Shown here in pieces: positions 37,915 through 46,131 of a DNA stretch of 64,000 nt. Each line of letters opens with the position of its first letter. Positions within the stretch are counted from its first letter, which is position 1. The DNA comes from a virus. Taxonomy: Duplodnaviria > Caudoviricetes. Below the pieces are notes generated by a model. That model did not search any database. It was not told the origin of the DNA and saw nothing but the letters and a program-made list of their open reading frames with translations. Location: positions 1-64,000 of IMG/VR virus record IMGVR_UViG_3300032295_003840; one strand, given 5' to 3'. The position numbers and the translations under genes were made by a program.

Positions 37915-38555
37915 TTGAAGACATCTGTGTCGAAGAAAATTTTATCACCGAGGATGAGCGGTTAAGTATAAGACAACGTGTGCTGGAGTTGGAACCATGC
38001 TGGACCACGCACAGACCCGAACACTATAGCAACGTAGACTTCAGCACACTGGGCAATGCACTGTACATCATGGAGTCATCGGGTCATGCAGCACAGGACA
38101 TAGATCAGCAGGTTCGAGCATTGCTGTTGGAGAACTTTGACTGGCTGTATCAGAGAATATATAACAAGATTGCCCAACACACTGGACAACCCACCAGACT
38201 ACATGACAATCTTACTGTGCCAGGCTTTCACATTGGTCATGTAGCACAAGACAGCAACATTGACTTCTATCATCAGGATCTGAGCATCCTGCAGTATGAT
38301 GCCGAAGCCAACATGGAAACCAATCGCTCGGTGCTGATAGCCATAGACAAGCCCAGCAGTGGTGCCTATTTAGATTATTTGCACGAAGACAATACACGCA
38401 CACTGGACTATGTTTTAGGTGCCTGGCATCAATGGGACGCCAGAATCAAACACAAGGTTGGTGGATTAAAAATCAACCCAGGTGAGCATCGCATCACTCT
38501 ACAATGCCACTACTACTATAATGCGAGGATGCAATGCAACCTAGTATATTTTTAA
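37911..38555 (+). CDS. 2OG-Fe(II) oxygenase-like protein
   Basis: PGFHI, HQD..H..RITLQ; ATGA coupling to upstream gene. Confidence 0.65.
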   Translation: MIEDICVEENFITEDERLSIRQRVLELEPCWTTHRPEHYSNVDFSTLGNALYIMESSGHAAQDIDQQVRALLLENFDWLYQRIYNKIAQHTGQPTRLHDNLTVPGFHIGHVAQDSNIDFYHQDLSILQYDAEANMETNRSVLIAIDKPSSGAYLDYLHEDNTRTLDYVLGAWHQWDARIKHKVGGLKINPGEHRITLQCHYYYNARMQCNLVYF

Positions 38556-38630
38556 ATGTTCTAGTTGATACATACGTGTACATCTTTTTGGAGATGTATT
38601 TTCTGCCCTTTAAAATTTTAGGAGAAGTCA

Positions 38631-39173
38631 ATGACTCCAGAAAAGAAGCCTCTTAGTAGAAGCGAAAGAGAAGCCCAGATCAAAGACAAAGCTGGATGGG
38701 TTATTACTGTGCTTGCTGCTCTTTTGGCCATTAATACTTATGTTGCTAATAGCAATAGTAGTAAGGTATTGAAGAACACCATCAGTGCCAACAATACCTG
38801 GGCCTTTTATCAGGCCAAGAGCATCAAACAGACACTGGCTGAACAGAGCCTGGACGATGCTTTGAATCGCGGAGATCGGGCAAAAGCCGATCGCCTGCAG
38901 AAAAAGATTGAGCGCTATGAGTCCGATCCCAGCACAGGAGAAGGTAAACGAGAACTCATGGCCAAGGCTCGAGCACTGGAAGCCGAGCGTGATGCCATAG
39001 CCAAAAAAAGTCCTTGGATGACTTTTTCGGGTAGCACATTTCAAATCAGCATCGTCCTACTCACTGCCAGCATCTTGGCAGTCAGCATGCCCCTGTACTG
39101 GGCCAGCATTGGAGTAGGTGTTCTAGCCACCCTGCTGATGTCTCAGGGCATCTGGTTGTGGCTACCATTCTAA
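38631..39173 (+). CDS. DUF4337-like membrane protein
   Basis: ITVLAALLAI, WAFYQAKSIK, FQISIVLLTAS. Confidence 0.75.
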   Translation: MTPEKKPLSRSEREAQIKDKAGWVITVLAALLAINTYVANSNSSKVLKNTISANNTWAFYQAKSIKQTLAEQSLDDALNRGDRAKADRLQKKIERYESDPSTGEGKRELMAKARALEAERDAIAKKSPWMTFSGSTFQISIVLLTASILAVSMPLYWASIGVGVLATLLMSQGIWLWLPF

Positions 39174-39189
39174 CCGTCAAGGAGGTACC

Positions 39190-39489
39190 ATGCGTACCCT
39201 GCTCATAGCTGCACTGCTGTTGATGTCTGGTCTGGCATCAGCTCGCCAATTTGAATTTGAAAAGACCATAATCTGTGACGATACCCGCACCGTGTTTGAG
39301 TATTTCCAAAGCGGCAAGTATCAGGAAAAGCCAGTCTGGATTGGTCGGGATCTGGTAGAAGCCGCAGTAAGTCATGTCATGATGTTGAATAAACAAACCG
39401 GTACCTGGACACTGATTCAGTTCGATGAACAGTATGCCTGTGTGCTGGCCGCTGGCGAGAACTATCAGCTCATGGGCGAAAAAATCTGA
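39190..39489 (+). CDS. Secreted hypothetical protein
   Basis: Signal peptide; TGTWTLIQF..ACVLAAG. Confidence 0.7.
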   Translation: MRTLLIAALLLMSGLASARQFEFEKTIICDDTRTVFEYFQSGKYQEKPVWIGRDLVEAAVSHVMMLNKQTGTWTLIQFDEQYACVLAAGENYQLMGEKI

Positions 39490-40163
39490 TGCGCTGGTTA
39501 GTCGTACTGTGCCTGGTGATGTCCTGCCAGGCACAGGCCCTGACTGCACGCAGCTGGTTGATTACCGATACTGACTTAAATGTGCAGTCTGGTCATAACT
39601 ACCGTGAACTGCGCAGCATTGCCAGTCTGACCAAGCTACTAACTGTCATGGTCTCCATAGACGATGGCACTGCCAGACCCGAGCTGGTTAAACTGGCCAT
39701 GGTGAACAGCAGCAATTCAGCAGCCACGCAGCTCTGTAAAAACTACAGTCGTGGTTATCAGGCCTGCATACGAGCCATGAACGAAAAGGCCATGCGGTTG
39801 GATGCCTGGAATACCTATCTCTATGACTCTACAGGACTGGATCGACGCAACCGCAGCACAGCACAGGACATAGCACGCATTGTACTGGCGGCCAGAAACT
39901 ATGCACAGATAGTTGAGTCTAGTCATATACTCAGAGATCGTAAAAAGAAAATGGTGCTGAAGAATACCAACCCCTTGGTAGGCACCTTCAACACCACGGT
40001 TAGCAAGACAGGCTGGACCATGGCTGCTGGTGGTTGCATAGCAGTGCTCATAGAAAATCGCATCTATGTCCTGCTGGGCAGTCGCAACACCAAGACTCGA
40101 GTCACTGAACTTGCTCAATTGGTACGGGCAGAGGGAGTCGAACCCTCAAAACTCGGATTTTAA
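39489..40163 (+). CDS. D-alanyl-D-alanine carboxypeptidase/endopeptidase (peptidase S11)
   Basis: IASLTKL (SxxK), SSN (SxN), SKTG; signal peptide. Confidence 0.9.
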   Translation: MRWLVVLCLVMSCQAQALTARSWLITDTDLNVQSGHNYRELRSIASLTKLLTVMVSIDDGTARPELVKLAMVNSSNSAATQLCKNYSRGYQACIRAMNEKAMRLDAWNTYLYDSTGLDRRNRSTAQDIARIVLAARNYAQIVESSHILRDRKKKMVLKNTNPLVGTFNTTVSKTGWTMAAGGCIAVLIENRIYVLLGSRNTKTRVTELAQLVRAEGVEPSKLGF

Positions 40164-40195
40164 GTCCGATACGTATACCATTCCGTCATGCCCGC
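40120..40195 (-). tRNA. tRNA-Leu(TAA), short variable loop
   Basis: Cloverleaf, TCGGA-CTTAAAA-TCCGA, CCA encoded. Confidence 0.88.
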
Positions 40196-40199
40196 AATT

Positions 40200-40276
40200 T
40201 GGTCTCCGTAGCAGGGTTCGAACCTGCGACCCCCAGTCCCCCAGACTGGTGCGCTACCGGGCTGCGCTATACGGAG
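40200..40276 (-). tRNA. tRNA-Pro(GGG)
   Basis: CCAGT-CTGGGGG-ACTGG, CCA. Confidence 0.92.
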
Positions 40277-40846
40277 TTAATTCCAGTTGGTCGGAGCGCC
40301 CTGCAGGCCTGGATTGCCTCCCTCGGCGCGACTGCGTTTTAAAACTTCTTCCAGCAGTATAGGGCGGAAGTCGGTCTGTTCAACACAGACGCAGAAGTAA
40401 CGCAGATCAATTTCCTGATTGTCTAGACGCACACGCTTTTCATGCGTGTGTCCATGAATGTTCAGACCAAAGCGACCATGACTTTCAGGATGCAGGGGTA
40501 TGTGACTTAGTATGACACCTGCACCTGTCATGACATGATAGGCTCGGATGTCTCGAAAGTACTTGGTGTAGTCTTCGAGCTTGAAGATGTCGTGGTTGCC
40601 CTTGATCAGCACCTTGTCGCCGTTGAGACGATCCAGCGTGCTGAGTGCCCGACGATTGATCACCACGTCGCCCAGATGATAGACCTTGTCGCCAGGTCGT
40701 ACTGCGTCATTCCAGCGACGCACCATCTCATCATCCATTTCTTCGGGCGTGTCCCAGGGACGAAGCTTGGTACCATCCTGGCGTGTAAAACGGCATACGC
40801 CCAGATGACCAAAATGTGTATCACTTACTAACCATACTGCAGGCAT
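40277..40846 (-). CDS. Metallophosphoesterase
   Basis: SDTHFGH, HLGDV, KGNHD, SHIP, HGHTH. Confidence 0.92.
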   Translation of the reverse strand: MPAVWLVSDTHFGHLGVCRFTRQDGTKLRPWDTPEEMDDEMVRRWNDAVRPGDKVYHLGDVVINRRALSTLDRLNGDKVLIKGNHDIFKLEDYTKYFRDIRAYHVMTGAGVILSHIPLHPESHGRFGLNIHGHTHEKRVRLDNQEIDLRYFCVCVEQTDFRPILLEEVLKRSRAEGGNPGLQGAPTNWN

Positions 40847-40865
40847 TTTATACTCCTGTTGATTG

Positions 40866-41804
40866 TCAAGGTGCTTCGCCGAATCTGGGTCGATCCAGCA
40901 ACAGATCAGTTGTTGGATTCCAGACACCGGATATGTTCCAGTCTGTGCTGACAGCACCAACTGGTAGTCGACCTGTGCTGAGGTTCACCATGGCGCTGGT
41001 CATGGTATCGCGATTAGCAAAGTTTAAATGGAAACTGGCCGGCCCGCGTCGATACTTGGTTATGTCGAATCTCTTGGCCACCCAACGCCCACCAATATAT
41101 TCTCCAAATACTTCAGGTCCCAGTATGACATCGTCCAGCATGACATGATCGGCGACGCGCATGTCGGCATAGGGTGTTGACCCATAGATGCCTATGTAAT
41201 TGGCGAAAGTAGGGTTGTTCATATATCCATTGTTGCCCAGCGTTGGCTGTGTGTTGACGTTTAAATTGGTCTGACGTTCTCCATTGACCCACAGACGTAC
41301 ACGATCAGTAATGGCGGCATTGTTGATGTCCGCAGTTAAATGTACATTGTGCCATTGATTCAGGGGCCAGGCCTTGTTGGTAAGTATTCTCCAACGAAAC
41401 ACCGACGACACATAGGCATAGGCATCAATGGTGCCAGTGGTAGTAAAACCAATGTTGTCATAGTTACCAGATGAATTGTAGGCTGCCATGAAGTAGTTGT
41501 TGCCGACAAAACTCAGTTGCTTGACCCAGACATTGATGGTATAGGTCTGTGCATTGGCACCTGCAGGACACAAACGCACCAGATGCTGACTGGCCCGGGC
41601 CGCTGTGAACTGTATGCTGGTCGGTGGACGATAGCTGGCTTGACCATCAAAGCTGTTGAAACTCACAGGGCTGGTATCGCCAGGTAATCGATCCAGTGTG
41701 TCTAAAACTCTGGGATCACCCAGAGACACAGGTCCAGCACCCAGAGCCAGCTCGTTGCGCAGATCGTCGAAGCTGTACTGCTGTCCAGGTTTATTTAATG
41801 CCAC
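40866..41804 (-). CDS. LamG/concanavalin-A-like lectin, probable adhesin
   Basis: YTINVWVK, WHNVHLT, RLWVNG; adhesin-like N-terminus (YSFDDLRNEL..SFNSFDG); GTG start inferred. Confidence 0.65.
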   Translation of the reverse strand: MALNKPGQQYSFDDLRNELALGAGPVSLGDPRVLDTLDRLPGDTSPVSFNSFDGQASYRPPTSIQFTAARASQHLVRLCPAGANAQTYTINVWVKQLSFVGNNYFMAAYNSSGNYDNIGFTTTGTIDAYAYVSSVFRWRILTNKAWPLNQWHNVHLTADINNAAITDRVRLWVNGERQTNLNVNTQPTLGNNGYMNNPTFANYIGIYGSTPYADMRVADHVMLDDVILGPEVFGEYIGGRWVAKRFDITKYRRGPASFHLNFANRDTMTSAMVNLSTGRLPVGAVSTDWNISGVWNPTTDLLLDRPRFGEAP

Positions 41805-42315
41805 GACGTAACTCCTGCACCTGTTGATCCAGTTCCTGTATGGCAGCAATCAGCAGAGGCACCAGACGTTCGTAGCGCACAGTAAGGTACGCTGGATCCA
41901 CGGGTGCGGGTGCTACTGCCTCGGGCAGTTGTTGCTGCACCTGCTGAGCACTGACACCTACTTCGCGTACTGCAGGATCATAGCCCAGCCCAGCTGCGGT
42001 CTCGTTGGCATGATAGTAAAATGCCGACAGTGCACGCACACGCTGCAGAGCGTCTTCGATGCCGCCTAACTGTGTCTTGAGACGTTCATCAGAATAGTAG
42101 GCTGTGATGTTCTTCGTGGCCAGTATCTCACCAGGCACGCCGATGTGATCAGTACCAACACTCAGACTATTCAGAAACACCTGAGGATCATTGCTGGTGG
42201 GTATGGCAGTGCGCACCTGTTGCTGCTGAATTCTGGGCGCAATGGCCGAACCCGCGGCTGGCACTGTTGACTGATAGCTTGGCTGAAACTGTTTATTGCT
42301 GGTTGTATTGGGCAT
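41791..42315 (-). CDS. Short fibre protein with peptidase S74 chaperone domain
   Basis: ITAYYSDERLK, VGVSAQQV..PEAV, VRYERLVPLLIAAIQEL. Confidence 0.85.
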   Translation of the reverse strand: MPNTTSNKQFQPSYQSTVPAAGSAIAPRIQQQQVRTAIPTSNDPQVFLNSLSVGTDHIGVPGEILATKNITAYYSDERLKTQLGGIEDALQRVRALSAFYYHANETAAGLGYDPAVREVGVSAQQVQQQLPEAVAPAPVDPAYLTVRYERLVPLLIAAIQELDQQVQELRRGIK

Positions 42316-42348
42316 GGCTTACTCCTGACAGATTATCAGGTATTTATC

Positions 42349-42424
42349 TGGCGCGGCTGGCAGGAATCGAACCCACATCGGACGCTTTAGAAGAGCGTTG
42401 CCTTATCCATTAGACCACAGCCGC
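42349..42424 (-). tRNA. tRNA-Arg(TCT)
   Basis: ACGCT-CTTCTAA-AGCGT, CCA. Confidence 0.92.
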
Positions 42425-42429
42425 GTTGT

Positions 42430-42834
42430 TCATCGAGTCAGTTCGCCCAGAGCTCGATATCCCTTGTAGGTGGGATGCACACCGTCGGCACTGATGTTGG
42501 ATTCTGGTCTGAGAATAATGATGTCAGTGAACTCAGTGGCAACCTTGGTCACAGCTTCTACCTGCTTGGGCTTGAGACGAGCGCTGGGCAGAATCCAAAA
42601 AACTCGATCTGCCTTGGCATTGGCTCGAAGTTTCCTAACATTGGCTTCGGTGTCCACACCCAGGTCATTGGCACCCAGACTGATGATCAGAGTACGTGCT
42701 GGTTTCAGTTTGTGCAGATGCAGCTGATTCCAATTTGCAGAGTTGATGCCACTCTTGGCAATGCTCTGACATTCAGTGCGGACCTGACTTACTCCTACGG
42801 CGATGCTATCGCCTACGATTAGACATTCTATCAT
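42430..42834 (-). CDS. SGNH/GDSL hydrolase-like protein
   Basis: GDSIAVG, SLGAND, DGVHP. Confidence 0.85.
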   Translation of the reverse strand: MIECLIVGDSIAVGVSQVRTECQSIAKSGINSANWNQLHLHKLKPARTLIISLGANDLGVDTEANVRKLRANAKADRVFWILPSARLKPKQVEAVTKVATEFTDIIILRPESNISADGVHPTYKGYRALGELTR

Positions 42835-43304
42835 GCTACTCTCAATCCTTTGAATCGATCCGCAGCATAGCTGGCAGCAAATGCTCGGGGTTTAACCATG
42901 GGCACGACGTTGCAGGTGCCGCGAATGTAGCCAACAGCTTCGTTGATTACACAGCTGGAACCATGAAGCTCGTCAGGGTTGATGTCCAGATGTACTTCGA
43001 CCCGACGATCCTCCAGCACGTCATGCAGCTTTTGATACAGTTCAGCAATCTTGTAGACTTCATTCATGAGCCGCATGCGCGGACGAGCCTTTTTCTGATC
43101 CCAGTCACGCTCACGGCTTACTTCGCCAAAAATCTTGCAGCCATTGTTGCCGTTGATGTGCACTACAATGACCATGATGTAGTCTGCGTACCAGTCATTG
43201 CCAATCTTGATGCGCTCACTGTCGCCACCGATGTAGATCTTGGTGTCGGGAGTCTGTGCTTCAATGAAGCCTCGTACTTGTTCAATGTCAATAACTGGTC
43301 GCAT
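42831..43304 (-). CDS. RNase H-like YkuK family protein
   Basis: IYIGGDS, RLMNEV, EVHLDIN, AASYAAD. Confidence 0.85.
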   Translation of the reverse strand: MRPVIDIEQVRGFIEAQTPDTKIYIGGDSERIKIGNDWYADYIMVIVVHINGNNGCKIFGEVSRERDWDQKKARPRMRLMNEVYKIAELYQKLHDVLEDRRVEVHLDINPDELHGSSCVINEAVGYIRGTCNVVPMVKPRAFAASYAADRFKGLRVA

Positions 43305-43320
43305 TTTACCACCTTTAATT

Positions 43321-43394
43321 TGGCATCCCGCTAGGGACTCGAACCCCAACCAACGGTTTTGGAGACCGCTATGCTGCCATTACACCAGCGAGAT
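43321..43394 (-). tRNA. tRNA-Trp(CCA)
   Basis: GCGGT-CTCCAAA-ACCGT, CCA. Confidence 0.92.
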
Positions 43395-43397
43395 ATT

Positions 43398-43601
43398 TTA
43401 CTTGATCAACTGTGTTTCCTCATTGTACCTGGTCTTGCGGTCCTCGGCCTCCAGAGCCGACAACACACAATCTTCAGTGCTGAGTATATCTTGAAAATCT
43501 GCAGGTCTTTTTTTCTTGAAAATGCTGTCCCAGTTATTGCTGAATGTTTCGGCATCTACACTCAGAGGCCTGGGACGACTTCCTTTACCACCATCACTCA
43601 T
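43398..43601 (-). CDS. Hypothetical protein
   Basis: MSDGGKGSRPRPLSV..NWDSIF. Confidence 0.65.
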   Translation of the reverse strand: MSDGGKGSRPRPLSVDAETFSNNWDSIFKKKRPADFQDILSTEDCVLSALEAEDRKTRYNEETQLIK

Positions 43602-43628
43602 TGTATTACCTCCTGACAACAATGTCAA
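43600..43628 (-). promoter_or_regulatory. Promoter within tRNA array
   Basis: TTGACA-17-TACAAT. Confidence 0.65.
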
Positions 43629-43636
43629 GTTATATA

Positions 43637-43712
43637 TGGTGCACCCTCCAGGGATCGAACCTGGTTCATCGGTTCTTCAAACCGCTGCTATGACCACATC
43701 AGCTAAAGGTGC
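43637..43712 (-). tRNA. tRNA-Phe(GAA)
   Basis: loop TTGAAGA, CCA. Confidence 0.9.
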
Positions 43713-43713
43713 C

Positions 43714-43789
43714 TGGGGAGTTGTATGAGGATTGAACTCATACTATCTCGGTCACAGCGAGATGTGCAGACCACTACACTAACAACTCC
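43714..43789 (-). tRNA. tRNA-His(GTG)
   Basis: TCTCG-CTGTGAC-CGAGA, G-1:C73, CCA. Confidence 0.92.
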
Positions 43790-43795
43790 ACGGAC

Positions 43796-43869
43796 TGGTC
43801 TCGGTGGAGGGAATCGAACCCCCGCCGCATGCTCCCAAAGCACGCATGATGCCATTTCACTACACCGAG
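43796..43869 (-). tRNA. tRNA-Pro(TGG)
   Basis: loop TTTGGGA, CCA. Confidence 0.92.
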
Positions 43870-43873
43870 TATC

Positions 43874-43948
43874 TGGAGCGGGTGACAGGGATCGAACCTG
43901 CGACGAACAGCTTGGAAGGCTGACACTCTACCACTGAGTTACACCCGC
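43874..43948 (-). tRNA. tRNA-Gly(TCC)
   Basis: loop CTTCCAA, U73, CCA. Confidence 0.93.
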
Positions 43949-43954
43949 ATTGTT

Positions 43955-44030
43955 TGGTGGGCCCACTAGGATTTGAACCTAGACTCAACGGATTATGAGT
44001 CCGCTGCTTTAACCATTAAGCTATAGGCCC
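43955..44030 (-). tRNA. tRNA-Ile2(CAT), probably lysidine-type
   Basis: GGGCCTA acceptor, loop CTCATAA; Ile2 vs Met is inferred. Confidence 0.75.
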
Positions 44031-44034
44031 TGAC

Positions 44035-44110
44035 TGGTGCTGCCAATGAGATTCGAACTCATGACCTCTGCCTTACCAAGGCAGCGCTCTACCGCTAGAG
44101 CTATGACAGC
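44035..44110 (-). tRNA. tRNA-Thr(GGT)
   Basis: CTGCC-TTGGTAA-GGCAG. Confidence 0.93.
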
Positions 44111-44111
44111 C

Positions 44112-44186
44112 TGGTGCATCGTGAGAGGATTGAACTCCCGACCTTCGCCTTGTAAGGGCGCAGCTCTACCGCTGAGCTAACGATGC
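44112..44186 (-). tRNA. tRNA-Val(TAC)
   Basis: loop CTTACAA. Confidence 0.92.
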
Positions 44187-44191
44187 ATAAC

Positions 44192-44266
44192 TGGTGCCCC
44201 TTGAAGGAATCGAACCCACACACCCGGACTACAAAACCGGACCTCTACCATTAAGGATAAAAGGGC
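44192..44266 (-). tRNA. tRNA-Thr(TGT)
   Basis: CCGGT-TTTGTAG-TCCGG, CCA. Confidence 0.85.
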
Positions 44267-44267
44267 T

Positions 44268-44343
44268 TGGTGGTGATGGAGGGAATCGAGCCCCCGACCC
44301 TCTGCGTATGAAGCAGGTGCTCTACCAACTGAGCTACATCACC
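44268..44343 (-). tRNA. tRNA-Met(CAT) elongator
   Basis: loop TTCATAC, CCA. Confidence 0.85.
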
Positions 44344-44347
44344 TGAT

Positions 44348-44421
44348 TGGTGCGGGCGGAGAGAATCGAACTCTCAACTAAACGTTGGCAACGTCTGATT
44401 TTACCATTAAACTACGCACGC
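44348..44421 (-). tRNA. tRNA-Gly(GCC)
   Basis: loop TTGCCAA; A73. Confidence 0.88.
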
Positions 44422-44426
44422 ATGTC

Positions 44427-44502
44427 TGGCTGCCAAGGTAGGGATCGAACCTACGACCAATTGATTAACAGTCAACTGCTACTACCACTGAGCTACTTGG
44501 CA
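44427..44502 (-). tRNA. tRNA-Asn(GTT)
   Basis: GTTGA-CTGTTAA-TCAAT. Confidence 0.93.
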
Positions 44503-44505
44503 ATA

Positions 44506-44742
44506 TTACTTGTTGGATACACAGATATCGCCTTTGAACAAATAGACATTGCTGTCTACTCTAGCCTGTTCAAAGAGCTGGTTGTCTACGCAGATATAGG
44601 GATCTTTGTAGTTGTTGAACCAATAGTATGCACCAAACCCCAGTCCTGCCAGAATCAGCAGTATGGGTATGTATTTGATATACTGGACAATGACTGGCAT
44701 TGAACCCAGTATCTGTGGCAGGAATTTTAGAAATTCTTTCAT
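44506..44742 (-). CDS. Small membrane protein
   Basis: TM helix; late-promoter-like CATAAATA upstream. Confidence 0.65.
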   Translation of the reverse strand: MKEFLKFLPQILGSMPVIVQYIKYIPILLILAGLGFGAYYWFNNYKDPYICVDNQLFEQARVDSNVYLFKGDICVSNK

Positions 44743-44753
44743 GCCACTATTTA

Positions 44754-44845
44754 TGGCGGTGAAGGTGGGATTCGAACCCACGGATCAACTTTCGTCAATC
44801 GACGGTTTAGCAAACCGCTGCCTTCGGCCACTCAGCCACTTCACC
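44754..44845 (-). tRNA. tRNA-Ser(GCT)
   Basis: loop TTGCTAA, long variable arm, G73. Confidence 0.93.
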
Positions 44846-44851
44846 TATAAT

Positions 44852-44928
44852 TGGTTGCGGTGTCTTGGATTCGAACCAAGGATCTTCGGCTTATGAGGCC
44901 GACGGGATGACCACTTCCCCAACCCGCA
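44852..44928 (-). tRNA. tRNA-Met(CAT), initiator-like
   Basis: TGCGGGT 5' end, TCGGC-CTCATAA-GCCGA, ..CCGCAACCA 3' end. Confidence 0.75.
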
Positions 44929-44930
44929 AT

Positions 44931-45005
44931 TGGTGCACCAGAAAGGAATCGAACCTTAGGTCTATCGATTATCAATCGATTGCTCTACCATTGAGCTACT
45001 GGTGC
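44931..45005 (-). tRNA. tRNA-Ile(GAT)
   Basis: ATCGA-TTGATAA-TCGAT. Confidence 0.93.
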
Positions 45006-45007
45006 CG

Positions 45008-45202
45008 CTAGGCTAACTGATCCACATTCATGCCCTTGGCATGGTCTTTCAGCACACCCTGTGTAGTATATAGTGTTACTGCATAGCTATAACGTTCAAC
45101 CTGAGTAACATCATTGCCTTTGTCATAGTCAAAGGTTGTTCTTTTTTCTATGGTGCGAAGGGCTCCATGCACACCATAATAGGTCGCTGTCTGTATCTCC
45201 AT
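45008..45202 (-). CDS. Hypothetical protein
   Basis: AAGGAG RBS, MEIQTATYYG..KGMNVDQLA. Confidence 0.6.
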   Translation of the reverse strand: MEIQTATYYGVHGALRTIEKRTTFDYDKGNDVTQVERYSYAVTLYTTQGVLKDHAKGMNVDQLA

Positions 45203-45212
45203 GTTTCTCCTT

Positions 45213-45287
45213 TGGCGGTCCCAAGGGGTAACGATCCCCTTCTTACGGCGTGACAGGCCGTCGTGCGTCCATGAACACTTTGGAACC
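45213..45287 (-). tRNA. tRNA-Asp(GTC)
   Basis: ACGGC-CTGTCAC-GCCGT; atypical T-loop ATCGTTA. Confidence 0.88.
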
Positions 45288-45409
45288 TTAGAAGAGTCTT
45301 CTGCACTATTTGCTATGCTCAACGGAGTGTCCTCGAGGTTTTACCGTCTGTGTACATAGTTACTCAGGCATGATCAAGCCCATGGCTTACAAAAGACTCA
45401 TCTAAGGTT
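45284..45409 (-). ncRNA. Candidate structured RNA enclosed by long helix
   Basis: AACCTTAGA-T-GAGTCTTTTG...CAGAAGACTC-T-TCTAAGGTT closing stem; no ORF. Confidence 0.5.
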
Positions 45410-45595
45410 GCTTGGGCTACTTGATTTCCAGTCATAGCCCCCAAGCTGAGTTGTTACCCTGTCCATCATTATATTGGTCATTTCCACGAATAATGAAACG
45501 CTGCTATGTTGTCTGCTTACGTATGCGCTGACGGTGCCATAGCCACCGGGACTTTATCGTTACCACACGCCAATTTCAGGAAATTGGTAACCGGA
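45410..45595 (-). ncRNA. Candidate structured RNA directly after promoter
   Basis: Several stems (GTTACCA/TGGTAAC, CGGTG/CACCG, TCATTA/TAATGA, GCTTGG..GGCTA/TAGCC..CAAGC); no ORF. Confidence 0.5.
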
Positions 45596-45601
45596 TTCTT
45601 C

Positions 45602-45629
45602 ATTGTAGCACCTTGATGCTAGATGTCAA
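45602..45629 (-). promoter_or_regulatory. Promoter within tRNA array
   Basis: TTGACA-16-TACAAT. Confidence 0.7.
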
Positions 45630-45636
45630 GCATTTT

Positions 45637-45711
45637 TGGTGGACCGTCAGAGAATCGAACTCTGACCTCTGCGGTGCAAACGCAGCGTGCTCCCATTATC
45701 ACTAACAGCCC
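45637..45711 (-). tRNA. tRNA-Ala(TGC)
   Basis: CTGCG-TTTGCAC-CGCAG, G3:U70. Confidence 0.93.
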
Positions 45712-45716
45712 AAAAA

Positions 45717-45791
45717 TGGCCGGTCCGGAGAGATTCGAACTCCCGACAGCTGGTTTCGAAGACCAGAACTCTTCCGCTGAGCTACGGACCG
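45717..45791 (-). tRNA. tRNA-Arg(TCG)
   Basis: CTGGT-CTTCGAA-ACCAG. Confidence 0.92.
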
Positions 45792-45796
45792 ATGCT

Positions 45797-45871
45797 TGGC
45801 AGGGGGTATAGGGATCGAACCTATGCATGGCGGGATCAAAACCCGCTGCCTTACCTCTTGGCGAACCCCCA
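45797..45871 (-). tRNA. tRNA-Gln(TTG)
   Basis: GCGGG-TTTTGAT-CCCGC. Confidence 0.92.
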
Positions 45872-45878
45872 ACTAACT

Positions 45879-45954
45879 TGGTGCCCCAGGGGAGATTCGA
45901 ACTCCCAGAATTTGGTTTCTAAGACCAACACGTATACCGTTCCGTCACCAGGGC
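45879..45954 (-). tRNA. tRNA-Leu(TAG), short variable loop
   Basis: TTGGT-CTTAGAA-ACCAA, CCA. Confidence 0.88.
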
Positions 45955-45961
45955 AAAAACT

Positions 45962-46048
45962 TGGTGGGTGCTCTCCGACTCGAACAGAGAAGGCCTAAGA
46001 CAACGGATTTACAGTCCGCCCCCGATACCATTACGGGACTAAGCACCC
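45962..46048 (-). tRNA. tRNA-Tyr(GTA)
   Basis: loop CTGTAAA, variable arm. Confidence 0.9.
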
Positions 46049-46055
46049 TACAACT

Positions 46056-46131
46056 TGGAAGTTGGAGTGAGACTCGAACTCACATTGACGCAGATTTGCA
46101 GTCTGCCGCGTAGCCTTTCCGCCATCCAACC
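46056..46131 (-). tRNA. tRNA-Cys(GCA)
   Basis: GCAGA-CTGCAAA-TCTGC, U73. Confidence 0.92.
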
